The notes below the pieces were generated by a model. It was not told where the DNA came from, made no database searches, and saw only the letters and a program-made list of their open reading frames with translations. From Eledone cirrhosa (taxonomy: Eukaryota), in assembly GCA_964016885.1 (NCBI GenBank), contig OZ024742.1, positions 146,010,001 to 146,074,000 on the forward strand: DNA of 64,000 nt, given 5' to 3'. Of the stretch, positions 36,450-50,600 are shown piece after piece. Numbering within the stretch: the first letter of the stretch is position 1; each line of letters starts with the position of its first letter. A program made the position numbers and the translations under genes.

Positions 36450-37375
36450 CTGTATATACTCGAATATAAGTCAACACCATATTTTATGTCTGAGAAATGG
36501 GCCAAAGTCCAAACCCCATTTATAAGCCACGGCAGCTAATCAACACATTATGTTTAGATGACTCGGTTTTGAAATTCTCATGAGTATAAAATATATTTAT
36601 GAAGTTTTAATATTTTGATGTTTAAAATGCTTTATGTGTCATTTAGAATATAGTTTTTTTTTCAAAACTCCATCATGTAATGAGTTTCCATTACAAGTTT
36701 CCCTTCTTTTTCCATTTTCATAACCATAAAAGACATTTAAATTTTTTACACTAAATATAATTTAGTTTCAACAAGTTTCTCAAATTTTTGTCTGTTTCTG
36801 GTCACTCACATTCTAGGAGTACTTTGAATATAAGAGGGAAGGAGAAACAGCAAGTGGGAAAAAGAGAGTCCAAGAGTGAGATGGGAAAGAGAGTGAGAGT
36901 AATAAAATAAGATCAGAAGTAAGATTTCAATCTTACATAAGATTGAAAGAAAGAGTATTATTTGGTAGATTGACAGTATCAGCAGAACATCGGACACGAT
37001 GCTTTGCGGCATAGAGTTACGGCCCTTTATGTGCTGAGTTCAAATCCTGCCAAGGTTAGCTTTGCCTTTCATCATTACAAGGTTGAAAAAAATAAAGTAC
37101 AGTTACACACTGGAGTCAATTTAATTGACTTTCCTCCTCTCCTTCAAATTGCTAGCCTTGTGCCTAAATTAGAAACAATTATTAAGTCAGAGAAAAGCAT
37201 GTATGTTTGTGTGGATGGGATATTTATGTATTAAAAAGTGTTCAAATTATATTTTAGCACCTTATTTACTTAGAATTTGAAGTTGGTGAAAATCTTCAAA
37301 ATATTGAAGTAGATCCCATTTTACCATTGACTTTTTTGCCACATATTTCTCGACTTATATTTTAGTATATATGGT
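36450..37375. mobile_element. pogo/Tc1-type MITE with nested SINE B
   Basis: TA|CTGTATATACTCGAATATAAGTC ... GACTTATATTTTAGTATATATGG|TA; homolog of 10518-11012. Confidence 0.75.
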
Positions 37376-37645
37376 ACTTATTAACCCCAATAAAATGATG
37401 TATTCATGTCAAATAACAATGGTAGCTTGTAGATGAATGATGGCCTTGTCAACCATTCACCTTCTTCTAGATACATACATGTGTATGGCTAAGTGGTTAA
37501 GGGTTTCGCTTTGCAGGTAATTGTGTCCAGTTTCTGTGTCCAGTCTTGCTGTGTGTCTTCTACCATAGCTGCAGTTTGACCAATGCCATGTGAATGGAAT
37601 TTGGTAGATAGAGATTGCAGAAGCCTGTCATATGTACACGCACAT

Positions 37646-37728
<83 letters not shown>

Positions 37729-37811
37729 GGAGGTGAGTTTTATTGTAGTACAATAAAGCAATGCAGATATCGGATAAGAAGCACTCTACAGTTTGTAGGA
37801 CTGGAGTATGC

Positions 37812-38140
37812 ATAATATAAGATCAAAAGATGGTTAAAGGAGTTCCATGTATTTTATTATGCGCATTTCAAAAACAAACATCATCATGCAATAATATTTG
37901 TGTTTTCATCAGATAAAACAGGAGAACATGATATGAAGGCTAAAAAACGCTTGTGGATAGTGCAATTTTAAATCAACATATACTATCTGCACTATCCACA
38001 AGTGTTTTTTAGCCTTCATATCATGTTCTCCTGTTTTATCTGATGAAAACACAAATATTATTGCATGATGATGTTTGTTTTTGAAATGCGCATAATAAAA
38101 TACATGGAACTCCTTTAACCATCTTTTGATCTTATATTAT
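37812..38140. repeat. 153-bp near-perfect inverted repeat with 23-nt spacer
   Basis: Arms 37812-37964 and 37988-38140; one mismatch seen. Confidence 0.95.
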
Positions 38141-38230
38141 ATATATATATATGTGTGTGTATCTTTATTAATATATATATATATAGTGGCGAAACATAAG
38201 TCAATTGCATGAACTCATAATCCTTTATTT

Positions 38231-38286
38231 ACTGCTATATATATATCGATGATAGCCATTGTATGGCTATGACCTCATCAGGCAGT
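38231..38286 (-). ncRNA. Type I hammerhead ribozyme motif with one core mutation
   Basis: ACTGC-CTGATGA-stem II (ATAGCCA/TGGCTAT)-GATA instead of GAAA-TATATA-TA-GCAGT. Confidence 0.6.
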
Positions 38287-38399
38287 TAGTAAGTTCTTAG
38301 ATATGCCAGCTCTTGGTTTTTGGCGATGATGGTTTTCGAGCCTTGGGACATATGAGCTTGTTAGGGATAATTTAATGTTGTCAGCAGGACATATATATA

Positions 38400-39262
38400 T
38401 CATCATCATCATCATCATCAACGTTTAACGTCCGTGTTCCACGCTTGCATGGGTTTGGACGGGGGTTTTCCCACTTGAGGCAAGAGTGATTGTCTTGCTC
38501 GCATAGGACTATCTGGTAGGTTTTCTACAGTTGGATGCCCTTCCTAACACCAACCACATTTACAGTGTGGGTCTGGGAGGTTTTTACCGTGTTGCCTACA
38601 CGGCCACATTACAGCGTGGACTGTGTGTTTTTTTGTCGTGACACCTACACAATCTCATTTGTTTCGGCCTGGATGGTGGATGGTGTGGCACCAACATAAC
38701 TTTACATAGAAGGGGGCGGTGTGGATGGGGTGGGGGTGGTGGGACGGGGTGTATTTTGTTAGAGATGCCTACTGACTGTAGTAGGTTTTACTTTGCATTT
38801 AGGTAAGGCGGGTCTTCTCTATTACTGAGTACCGCCAAAGGTCTCGGTCCAGTGACATTGTCTTGGTGAGGTGTAAGTGTGTGAGGTCGGAGTTTATCAG
38901 CTCGTCCCAGGTTTTTCTGGGTCTGCCTACTCCGTGGCTACCGTCTATCTTTATTGCCCTGCACTTTGTTATACAGCTATTATCCTTCATGCGCATCACG
39001 TGACCATACCAACGTACCCTTCTCTCTAGTAAACAACATCTGATCCCTCTTATTTCTAATTTTTTCCTTAGTTCGTTTATGCTTTGCCGTTCACGTATAT
39101 TACTATTACACATCCAGCGGAGCATGCAAGCTTCGTTCCTCTCTAGTCTGCGTATATCCTCTGCACACAATGCCCAGGTCTCACTGCCATGCAACATTGC
39201 TGTTCGTATGCAGGCATCATACAACCTGCCTTTTATTTTTAGGGAGAACCCTTTAGCGGCTA
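38400..39262 (-). mobile_element. 5'-truncated RTE copy
   Basis: Near-identical to the 3' ~850 bp of the full-length element; TA-rich tracts on both sides. Confidence 0.95.
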
Positions 39263-40439
39263 ATATATATATTTATGTATATATATATACAGGAAAAAGT
39301 CAGGACCCTGACAGCTGAGCTCCGGCCATTTCGACAGCTAGATCCGAACTAAGCCAGCATTATTAGAATGGTAGGAATCTAGCTGAACTTATCAAGGGGT
39401 ATAGTTCATATATGGGCATGCAGTCAAAACAAAAAAAAGCAGAAATATCACATCAAATAATCCTAAAAAATTTGTTGCTTTTCTTGTCTGTCACAGGGAG
39501 TGGTCAATATTCTGGGATATCATGTACATGGTTAAATTCCTTTATAGCGGCGGGGGGAGTGGGGGGTAGGGTGGGGTGGTGGGGTGAACTGGCCTGTAGA
39601 ACAGGGGGGAAGGAGTAAGAGGACAATCTGACCTGTGGGTGCCAAGCCAGTCAGGCATTAAGAGATAAATTTGTATAACTATCTTTCATTTATAGAGATG
39701 GTAACTTACAATTCAAAGCGGTAAGAATATAATTTCACATGTAAGACTCAAGGAAGGTAATTAGGGAGTGTAAGTAAGTATGCCAAATCTAACACTTAGC
39801 TAAAGAGCAAAGCATTTGGATGTTAATACTAATTCAGTTCTTAATAAAGAAATTTAGTTATCAATTACTCTAATGAACAGGAAGGGCGCCGCAATACACT
39901 AATTTACTTGTATTTTCTTTTATAATGATACACCCGCTCAAAAAATCAACCCTAGTCTAGTAAGGTGTCATAGCTATGTGTTCAGCCGGTTCCGGTAACA
40001 AGAGTGAAAATATTCTGGGTTAACCTAAGGAAGATTAGGAACTGTTTATAATAGTGAAGATGTGCAAAGATTTCACCTAAGTGTAACTAGAGTGTGTAAT
40101 TACCTTAGTAGTTCCTCCTGATCTTTCTGATCCTGATAAAAAGAAAGTAAGGAAAATTTTAACATCACACATGGGTAAAAATATAGGAAAGAGAAGTTGA
40201 AAATGCAATTGGAGTGTTTAAGAAGGCTTATTTAGAATAACTTTACTGGTTTCACAATTGGATGACATTCGAAAGTTAAGTGGGCATCATACAACTGTGA
40301 AACCGTTAAAGTTATTGTAAATAAATCTTCTTAACACGATTTATCTTATACACACACAGACACCTAGGCACACACACACACACATAAACACACACACACA
40401 CACATACACAGACACACACACACATGCACACACACTCAT

Positions 40440-41280
40440 ACTGATCCTGTTCCTCCTGATCCTCCTGATACTGATCCTCCTGATCCTGATTCTCATCCTG
40501 AACCTGATCCAGACGTCAATCCCAATCCTGATCCAGATCCAGACCTTGATTCAGACCCTGATCCTCCTGATCCTGATCCTCCTGATCCTTATCCCTCTGA
40601 TCCATCCTCCTGATCCTGATCCTCCTGACCCTGATTCTGATCCTTCTGATCCTGATCATTCTGATCCTGATCTTTCTGATCCTAATCCTACTGATCCTGA
40701 TACTCCTGGTCCTTATCCTAATCCTTCTGATCCTAATCCTGATACTCATGATCTTGATCCTGATCCTGATCATCATGATGCTGATCCTTATCCTGATCCT
40801 CCCTATCCTGAGCCTAATCCTCCTGACCCTAATCCTGATACACATGATCTTGATCCTCCTGAATCTGATCCTCCTGATCCTGATCCTCCTGATCCTGATC
40901 TTCCTGATCCTGATCCTAATCCTTCTGATCCTGATCCTCCTCATCCTGATCCTTCAGATCCTGATCCTAATCCTTCTGATCCTGATCCTCCTGATCCCGA
41001 TCCTCCTGATCCTGATCCTCCTGATCCTGATCCTTCTGATCCTGATCCCCCTGTTCTCAATCCCAATCCTGTTTCTGATCCCCCTGATCCTGATTCTGAT
41101 CCTCCTGATCATGATTGGGTTCCTGATCCCAATCCTGATTCTCCTGATCTTGATCCTGATACTGATCCTCCTGATCCTGATCCTCCTGATCCTGATCATG
41201 ATTTTTATCAGGATCAGGATTAGGAGGATCGGGATCTGGATCTTGATTTGGGATGGGATCGGGGCCAGGATCAGGATTTC
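40440..41280. repeat. (GATCCT)n-based simple satellite with an inverted end
   Basis: CCTGATCCT variants up to ~41200, then reverse orientation ATCAGGATCAGG from ~41207. Confidence 0.9.
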
Positions 41281-41990
41281 TTAACCCTAAGACTTTTCAA
41301 AACTGATACATATTTGATAAACTTCATCACCTTTCTTAATGTACGAGAATTTAACTGCTATGTTTTGTTCAACGTAATTTTTATGTAGCATCAAATGTCT
41401 AATTAAATACAATAATTCAGCAAATAAAATAGAACATTATGAACATATCTTTGAATACTTATCTCCCGATGTAGCCTTTATTGAACTACAATTTATGCAC
41501 TCTTTTTTGTGTGTCAATTCTTTAAAAAAGCAACGATATAATCGGTTTGGATCAGTCTATGTAAACATGTGTGTGTGTATCAGTACGTTGTAATTATGAT
41601 TGTCCATATCTGCCCTATTCCACCTCCATGGGTTACTTCATATAAGTTATCCCCCCACCCATACTACAAGTGGTGCCTGTTCACCACTCAATGATTTTAT
41701 GTGAATTGGATATTCAGTGTTATAAAGTGTGGATTAACACTGACATGTAGAGTGTTTATACTAAAAAAGCGATTGAAGTTTCAGTTCAACATATTTTATT
41801 CGTATTCACATGTGTTTCACAAAATGGTCAGCTTGATTCTAGGATCGATTTTCAAATCAGAGATGAACATATTCTAATTCAAGAGCTGATTGTAACGATT
41901 AAATCTCCTAGTTGGTTAGTTCTGAAACACATGATTACTAATAAAATATGTGGAACTGAAACTTCAATCACTTTATTAATTATATATACA

Positions 41991-42141
<151 letters not shown>

Positions 42142-42491
42142 ACAATATATTAACAAATGGAAACTATATTTAAAAACCATATTTATTTTATTATACATAT
42201 TTCAAGGGCCACCAAGGCAAATTATGGTGTGCTATATATATATATATATATATATACGGGAGGAAAATACAGTACAATGAAGATATATATTAGATTAATG
42301 CTTGATATAGTACTAAAAGTGTTTTAATATTTTGATTATTAGTTTTTCACTAAAAGATAGAATGAAAGATAGAAGAAGGAATAGAAAAATAGATGGGGGT
42401 AAGAAAAGAAAGGAACAGAAAATATTTTTTTCTCAGGAGGAAAACATGTGTATAACTAGACAGCCATTTTGGATAAATGATATATATATAT

Positions 42492-43452
42492 TATCATCAT
42501 CATGACTGTTTTATGTCCATTCTTCCACGCTAGCATGGGTTAGATGGGTTGTCCTATTGACCATGTTTTGTTCATACAGAACTGATTTGGGCTTGATTTC
42601 TACAGCTGGATGCCTTTCCTAACACCAACCTCATTTACAGTGAATCTTGGGTGCTTTTTTACTGTGGCACCTACACAACCACTTTACAGTGGGAAAGGGT
42701 GGGGGCATACTGTCTATATGATTCAGCTTCGGCTTGTACCGATGTGAAGTCGGGTCTCTTCTATTACTGCGTAATGCCAGAGGTCTCGGTCCTGTGTCAT
42801 TGCCTTTGAGAGGTGCAATTGGGCAAGGTCAGCTTTTATCACCTCATCCCAGGTCTTCTTGGGTCTCCCCACTCCATGGCTTCCATTAACTTTTAGTGCT
42901 CTGCACCTTTTTATGCAACTGTAACTCTTCATATGCATCACATGTCCATACCAACGTAATCTACTCTCCTGCACACAGCATTTGATTCCTCTTATGCTTA
43001 GTCTCTATCTCAATTCGCTTATGATTTGCCGTTCACGTATATTACTATCACACATCCATCAGAGCATGCAGGCTTCGTTTCTTTCTAATCTACACATTTC
43101 TTCTACACACAATGTCCAGGTCTCACTACAATGTAACATTGTTGTTTGTATCCACGCGTCATACAATCTGCCTTTCATTTTGAACGGAAAGCCTTTTGCA
43201 GCTAGTAGTGGTATTAGCTCCCTGAACTTCTTCCATCCCGTTCTTACCCTGGTTACTGTACTTTCAGAACACCTCCTCCTAATTTGGTCACCTAGGTAGC
43301 AGAAGCTGTCTATTGTTTCCCAGAATTTGGTAGTGCTTGTTTCCTGTGGCCATTTGCTGCTTACTGTCCCGGTGCAACTGCTACATATAAAGCCTACATT
43401 CTTAACTAAACTTCCTGGGATCCCACTACATCTCTTGTGTACCCATAGTTTG
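42492..43452 (-). mobile_element. Truncated RTE copy of a diverged subfamily (different 3' UTR)
   Basis: KLWVHKRCSG, FCYLGD, RLRWYGHV, GRPKKTW. Confidence 0.9.
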
Positions 43453-43464
43453 TATATATATATA

Positions 43465-43509
<45 letters not shown>

Positions 43510-43510
43510 T

Positions 43511-43790
43511 TCATTTTATGTCCGCTTTTCCTTGCTTGCAAGGGTGGGACGGGAACTGATTCTGGCTTGATTTCTACAGCTGGATGCCCTTCCTAACACC
43601 AACCTCATTTACAGTGAGTGCTGGGTGCTTTTTTGCCGTGGCACCTCCACGACCATTTCTACAGCTGAGTAAACTGGAGCAATGTGAAATAAAGTATCTT
43701 GCTCAAGGAAACAACACATCACCCGGTCTGAGAATTGAACTCACAACCTTTCGATTGCAAGGCCAATGCTCTAACCACTAAGCCATGTGC
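43511..43790 (-). mobile_element. SINE family A (internal deletion)
   Basis: Reverse complement of 8590-8935 lacking ~45 bp. Confidence 0.9.
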
Positions 43791-44493
43791 TTCCATATAT
43801 ATATATATATACACATACACATATATATATATATACATACACACACATACATATATATATACACACACATATATATATATCGTTTGTATATACACAAATA
43901 TGTCCTTCATTATCACTTAGGATTGTATCAGTAGAGTACATTCTCACGAGATCTATGCCTTTCAAGTATCTTCAATTTCTCTGTTACAAAATTCACATAT
44001 TGTTGTTTTTCTCATTATTCATTTTCCATTACGTCTGTCTTGTAAAATATTCCCAGCAAAACTATTTTTGTTTTGTTTCATTTTTTTAACTCTTTTTATT
44101 TTTATTTTTATTTTTATTTTTATTTTTATTTTTATTTTTATTTTTATTTTTATTTCTTTTATCTATCTCATTTTTGTTTTAGTATTTTTGCTTTATTTTA
44201 TAAGTGTGATGAAATATGGCTTCTGCATCTATGTTGTATCGTTCCACCTCTTTCTTAATGACAAATAAATCGTTTCTCCTTACAACAAATATATATTCTC
44301 CCCTTCTTCAAATGACAAATATATTTCCCCACCCTCTCTAAGAATGCTGACTACATTTTATCCCTTTCTAAGCAACTCATCTTCATCTAAACATTGTTAA
44401 TCTTTGAAATTACAACACAAGAATTTGTAGAAACATATATGACGATGAATTGATAATATTATTTATGTATAAACTTGAAGCAGATATACCTAC

Positions 44494-44623
44494 TGTTTTC
44501 GAATTAGAAGCCTTAAGTGTGAAAAGAATGACGTGTGAAGTGTAAAAATTTTAACAATTTCTCCATACATAGAAAACTGTAAAAGATTATTCTTATGCAT
44601 TTCAAATCTTATTGCATCATCAT
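44494..44623 (-). CDS. Candidate internal 130-bp exon (phase 1-2)
   Basis: TTTTATTCTCAG| acceptor, CA|GTAGGT donor, open frame DDAIRFEMHKNNLLQFSMYGEIVKIFTLHTSFFSHLRLLIRK; non-repeat sequence. Confidence 0.35.
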
Positions 44624-45012
44624 CTGAGAATAAAAACATTGCTATAGCAACACTATATACGTCATACAGAATATATAACATAACTGAAATAGTCAGATAG
44701 TCTGTCTAATTTGCATGTCACATATATTTTTGGCTATGTAACTAAATAAATAATAAATATTTATGGTAGAACACAGCTTATATTTGAAAGTTTAAGATAA
44801 ACATAAGGTAGATATAATTACCGCTTTTTAATTAGAAGCCTTAATTTGTGTCATGCTCTTTTGCCCATCTTTTCCGTCTTTCTGAAGTTACTATTTTGTA
44901 CTGGGTGTGTATATTGTGTAGATTACCAACACTAGGGAGGTTTTCATGTCTTTGACAAAACTGAAAGGTTCTTTCAACTCTGTTTGGCATGGTTTCTACA
45001 ATGGAGTGCCCT

Positions 45013-47557
45013 TCATCATCATCATTGCTTAACGTCTATCTTCCATGCTAGCATGGGTTAGACGGGAATTGTCCCATTTGAGACAAGATTGGTCAGGTGA
45101 CTGTGTCTTGCTCGTATAGGACTATGTGGCAGGTTTTCTATGGCTGGATGCCCTTCCTAACACCAACCATGTTTACAGTGTGGACTGGGAGCTTTTTACC
45201 GTGTTACCTACATGACCACATTACAGCGTGGACTGTGTGTTTTTTTGTTGTGACACCTACATGACCTCATTAGTTTGGACTGATTGTTGTGGTACCAACA
45301 TAACTTTATAGAGAAAGGAGTGGTGTTGGCAGGAGTGGAAGGATGGAATGGGGTAGTGGGTTGGGGTGTATATTTGGTTAAGAGGTGCTTACTGACTGTA
45401 GGTTAACTTTGCACATAGGGAAGGCGGGTCTTCTGTATTACTGTGTGGTGCCAAAGATCTCGATCCAGTGACATTGTCTTAGAGAGGTGCAAGTGTGCAA
45501 GGTCGGAATTTATCAAGTCTTCCCAGGTTTTTCTGGGTCTACCTACTCCGTAACTTCCAACAATTTTGATCGCCCTGCAATTTTTTATACAGCTGTCGTC
45601 TTTCATGCGCATCACATGACCATACCAATGTAATCTTCTCTCAAGTAAACAGCATCTGATCCCTCTTATTCCTAATTTCTCACTTAGTTCATTTATGTTT
45701 AGCCATTCGTGTAAAATTACTATTACACATCCAACAGAGCATGCATGCTTCGTTCCTTTCCAGTCTGCACAGGTCCTCTGCACACAATGCTCATGTCTCA
45801 CTGCCATGTAACATTGCTGTTCGTATACAAGCATTATACAATCTGCCTTTCATTTTTAGAGAGAAACCTTTTGAGGCCAACAGTGGTATAAAGTCTCTGA
45901 ACTTTTTCCATCCCGTTCTAACTCTGGCTACTGTACTTTCAGAGCACCCTCCACCACTGCTGATTTTGTCACCCAGGTAACGGAAAGTGTCTACTATTTC
46001 TATAGAACCATCTGGGCAATAGAAGGAGCTAGTATCCAGTGGGCACTTGCTACTTATTGCACCTGAGCATCTGCCACATATAAAATCTATATTCTTAGAT
46101 AGCTTACCGGTGATCCCACTACATCTTTTATGTACTCATAGTTTGCATTTGGGACATAGAATAGAATTTCTACCTACTACTTTCCTACACACTGAGAATG
46201 GCCATTTCCCAGAGGGCACCTGTGCCCTATTTTCCTTTCTATATACTAGAATTTTAGTCTTAGACAAGTTAACTTTAAGGCCTTTTGATTCTAGGCCATG
46301 CTTCCATGTTTGGAATTTCTTCTCTAGTTCGGCCATAGATTCAGCTATGAGGGTTAGATCATCTGCATATAGGAGTTCCCATGGGCAGCCAGTCTTAAAC
46401 TCCTCTGTTATAGCCTGAAGGCTAAACAGGAGGGGGCTAAGGACAGAGCATTGATGAACACCAACTTTTATGCTAAATTCTTCACTATATTCATTGTTAA
46501 TTCTAACCTTGCCTACTGTTTCTTTATACATGGCTTGCATAGCTATCACAAGCCATTCATCTACACCTAGTCTTCTAAGGGCCCACCAGATAATGGAGCA
46601 GGGGACTCTGTCAAAGGCTTTCTCCAGGTCAACAAAAGCTAAGTAGAGAGGTTTACTTTTAGCAAGATACTTCTCCTGTAGTTGTCATACAAGGAAAAAA
46701 GCATCTGTAGTACTTTTACCTGACACAAACCCAAACTGCATTTGATTTAGATCAATTCGATCTCTGATTAGTTGTGCTATAACTCTTTACTGTGACCTTC
46801 ATGACCTCTCCAACTAACTTAATACCCCTATAGTTTCCCCTATCTAGAGCATCTTCTTTGTCCTTGTAGCAGTTGACAATGACGCTGCTACGCAAGTCAT
46901 TTGGTATGACCCCATTCTGTATTACTTGGTTTACTATCTGGGTGACCATAGTGTGTTCCACCATTCCAGATGCCTTCAACTCTCAGCAACTATCTCCGAA
47001 GGCCCAGCTTCCTTGCCTGTCTTCATATCTTTGATTGCCTTACTTATACTACCATTAACTTGCACTGCTGGTCCCTCTATTGGATCAATTTGGGGCAGAC
47101 TATCTTTTTCCCATTTATTCTCCTCATTTAGTAGTCTCTCGTAGTAACACTGCAAAGCTACCTTCTTATCAGCAACAGTGAGGGCAAGTACATCATCATC
47201 ATTATGGACACACTTCTCCTCGACAATATCACAGTTTTCCTTGACACATTGTCTTGCGATTGTGAACACGTCACGTTTTTGTTCATCGTGTTGTAGAACA
47301 TGCTTGAACTTTCTCTCCTCTGCTTCCCTTTTTGCAAGGTACACTTGTCTCCTAGCTTCTCTCCTGGTCACTTGATAGTTTTCTCTACTTCCACCATCCT
47401 GCCATACTTTCCAAGCCTCCTTTTTGGCCTTGATTGTCTCCTCTACCTTACTGTTCCACCACCAAGTTACTCTCCTCCTGCCTATAGGTCTGCTCCAGCC
47501 ACAGATTTCATCTGTCGTCTTCAGCAGTTTAATTTTCAAGAATTCCCACTGTTCCTC
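45013..47557 (-). mobile_element. 2.5-kb 5'-truncated, frameshifted RTE copy
   Basis: ORF pieces 45403-47539 are colinear with the 1092-aa ORF, including YADD and the PHD finger. Confidence 0.95.
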
Positions 47558-47578
47558 TCTATATATATGTATGAATGC

Positions 47579-47652
<74 letters not shown>

Positions 47653-47689
47653 GTATATATATATATGGGATAACAAATTATCATTATAG

Positions 47690-50600
47690 GTAATCCAATT
47701 AGAGGTTGTGAGTACTCTGTATTATGGATAGTTTTAACGTATGGCGTTGTTTGACTCAACAAAAGGTTTCCTTAGTTAGGTGACGAGTTCACGGGAATTC
47801 CTATGCAGGTTAATCTTGGAGTAATAATAGTGAAAGAGTGAAGAGGGTTTTATTTACAGTATTAACAATTGTTTCATTGATTAGGATGTCTAAAGTTTGC
47901 TAATCACTCGAAGTTGTGTCACTCAACCCTTAAATACAGTGTACAAAATTACACTCGGTGTTTGTATTCATACTATGGAGAATTCAAATAACAACATCAA
48001 TAATAAAGAAAGAAAAAGTAAAAGAAAAAGAAAAAAATAATAATAAAGAAGTTAGAATGAAGATGATAAAAAATAAGTAAAAAAAATATATACGTGAACA
48101 AAATATATGAACATAATATGATTGTTGAAAATAGTGGCGATGGTGGTGGTGGGGTGGGTGTGTGTAAGTATAAAGATGTGATGAGGGTAGGAATATTATT
48201 AATAGGAAAATAAATATTAAATATATACATATGTATTGGTTAAATCACAGATGGTTAGAGTAGGAAGAAAGAATATAATGATAAATAACATATAAAAGAT
48301 AAATGACTAAATTAGAAGTTAGGTTAAGAGATACAGGATAGGATACAAGGAAAGATGTGAAATAGCTTTAAGGAGAGAGAGAGTGAAAGAAAGATTAGGA
48401 GGTTTATGATGTTGATTTAGTGATTAGTTGGTCTGTTGAGAGTTAATAATAGTGGGTTGGTATGTAGTTATTATAATAGACTCTGGGTGGTTCAGCTTGA
48501 ATTATGGGATTGTTGGATCGAATCATGTTGGTTTGAAATTTGCGAATTTTGTAGCTGCTTTGTGCCTACAGAAAATTGATCGTTCTATTTTGCTGTTAAG
48601 CAGCATTTTGTCATACTTTAAAATATGGAGCAGCTCCATATTGCAAAGTCTGCAGTGGGACATCCCATTTTCGTAGGCCTTTGCTCCCGATAATTTCGAC
48701 CAGCTAATCCTGTATTCTTTGTTTGTATCCTTAAGCTGCCAGATTTTATTGGCCAGCGTTGTTGTGTTCTCTAGTTTATGGTTCTCCATAGAATGCCTGC
48801 GAACGTACCATCTTTTTTTAAACTCCCTAACCGTAGAACCTATGATGTGCCATGCTAAGTTGCCCGAATTTATAGTACACAGGTACACTATATTTGTTTC
48901 CAGCCATCTATTTTGTAGTGGGCACTTATCCGGTAAGTGGCAGTTACATTTGGAGGCCTTCCTGTGTGCAGGTTCTCTGTTGCGGTTTTGTATGTTGTTA
49001 TGTATGGGTTGAGATTTAGGTTTGTTGATGTTTTGTTGTGATGCGTTCTGACGTGTGTGTGGTTGTGATGTTGTTATGTGTTTGTGTTTTGTATTTAGTG
49101 TTATGGTGTTTGTTTGTAGGTTATTTTCATTAGAGATTCTTCTATAGTTAATTTTATGTATGTGTGATTCTATGTTGGCTGCAGTAGGGTAAGACAGTTT
49201 GATAGTTTTTCTGTTAAAGATTTTATGGTATTTGTGAAGTTTAGGGAAGTGCTTGTCAATTAGTTTAAAGAATGGAGAAGGTAGTTTGGTTTTTATAGAG
49301 GAGTTGAATATTGTATTGAACCATAAGTATTTCCTATCTCTGGATTTTCTATAGTTCCTAGGGGTCCTTATATTAGTATTCGGTTCAGTTATTTCTGGTG
49401 CTCGTTGTCTATTTCTATGTTTAGTCCTATATTTGCTATTTCTATAGGTGTGGGTGGTGTTGCTGTCGTTAGGTATGTTGTTGTTGTCTCTATCTGGTAT
49501 GTATTTGAGCCTCTTCTTGTGGCCTGCCTTAAGTAAAACTATGTTATAGTAGTTCGCGTGTTCATTAAAAATCTCTAGGTTAGAAGTTAAATGGGAAATT
49601 CTGAGGGATACACTATGTGCTATGGAGTTAATTATGGAGCGAGGGTGGTTTGAGTTATAACTAATGTATGTTAGATTTTCGTTATTTTTATTGAAGGGCT
49701 CTATTAGTCCTGTGTTTAGGTTGAGTGATACATCTAAGAAGTTAGCTTTTTTAGAATTAAGTTCGAAAGTGATGCCTAGGCCTAGTTTATTGAAGAAGAT
49801 TCTAATGTTTTTACGTAATCTTTCCAAGTTTTGATTATTTAAGTTTTTAGCTAAAAGGAGTGTATCGTCTCTATAAATTCCTCCTTGGAGGATATTAAAT
49901 TCCTTGTGTAAGTTATGCACTATATATATTCCAACTATGTCTGTTACTTGAGCTGAGTCGCTAGATCCCATAGTGATATCGCAGCTATTCTGTCTGTTTT
50001 TTCTTTCCCAGTAACTATTATCAAACCTAATGATAGTTCTCCTAGCAGCTAGTATTATTCTAATTTCATCAGAGGATAGGTCCGAGTTTTTCTGTGCAAA
50101 GGTTAGTGCCTTATTTAGGGTGACTGGAGAAATGGAGGAGTAGTAGTTATTGATGTCAAACTGTATGAAGTTGGATGTTTCCTTATTGTCTATTTTGTTA
50201 AACCAATCTATTGCTTCGTTAGTGTAACCCAATACCTTATTATTAGTTTGTCTTTAACTTGTGCTATTATTCTATCTAGTATATACTTGCTAATTCTACC
50301 TATATCCGATTTCGATGGGCATATTAATCTAATGGTAGGGTCAGTTTCGAAGTTATTTTTATGATCTTTTAGATTAAATGTGGTGTTACAAGGGGTCAGA
50401 GGCTCGGTTCTATCAGATATTTTCATTTTTTTTACTATGCTAAGTCCTTCCTTATTAATGCTAGTGAGTGTAGATTCTGTAGTTTTCCTGTATTTTTTGT
50501 GCAGTATAAAGTTATTAAGGCTCATGGTGTATACGTTTGATGTTTTGTCCGCTATTACTATAATACCGTAGTTGTTTTAGTAGTGCATTGATGTTGTTTT

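Noticed and set aside
40516-41284. Pro-Asp, Arg-Ile or Ile-Leu repeat proteins
   Set aside because: Translations of a GATCCT satellite that is open in several frames; no gene context seen.
44383-44450. TTCATC...GAAACATATATG..GATGAA hammerhead relic
   Set aside because: CTGANGA box and cleavage site are both absent; too degenerate to call.
48523-48525. TGA as a selenocysteine codon, as in some Naiad Penelope elements
   Set aside because: It lies at the expected C-terminus after the GIY-YIG domain; no TGA at conserved Cys positions and no SECIS noticed.
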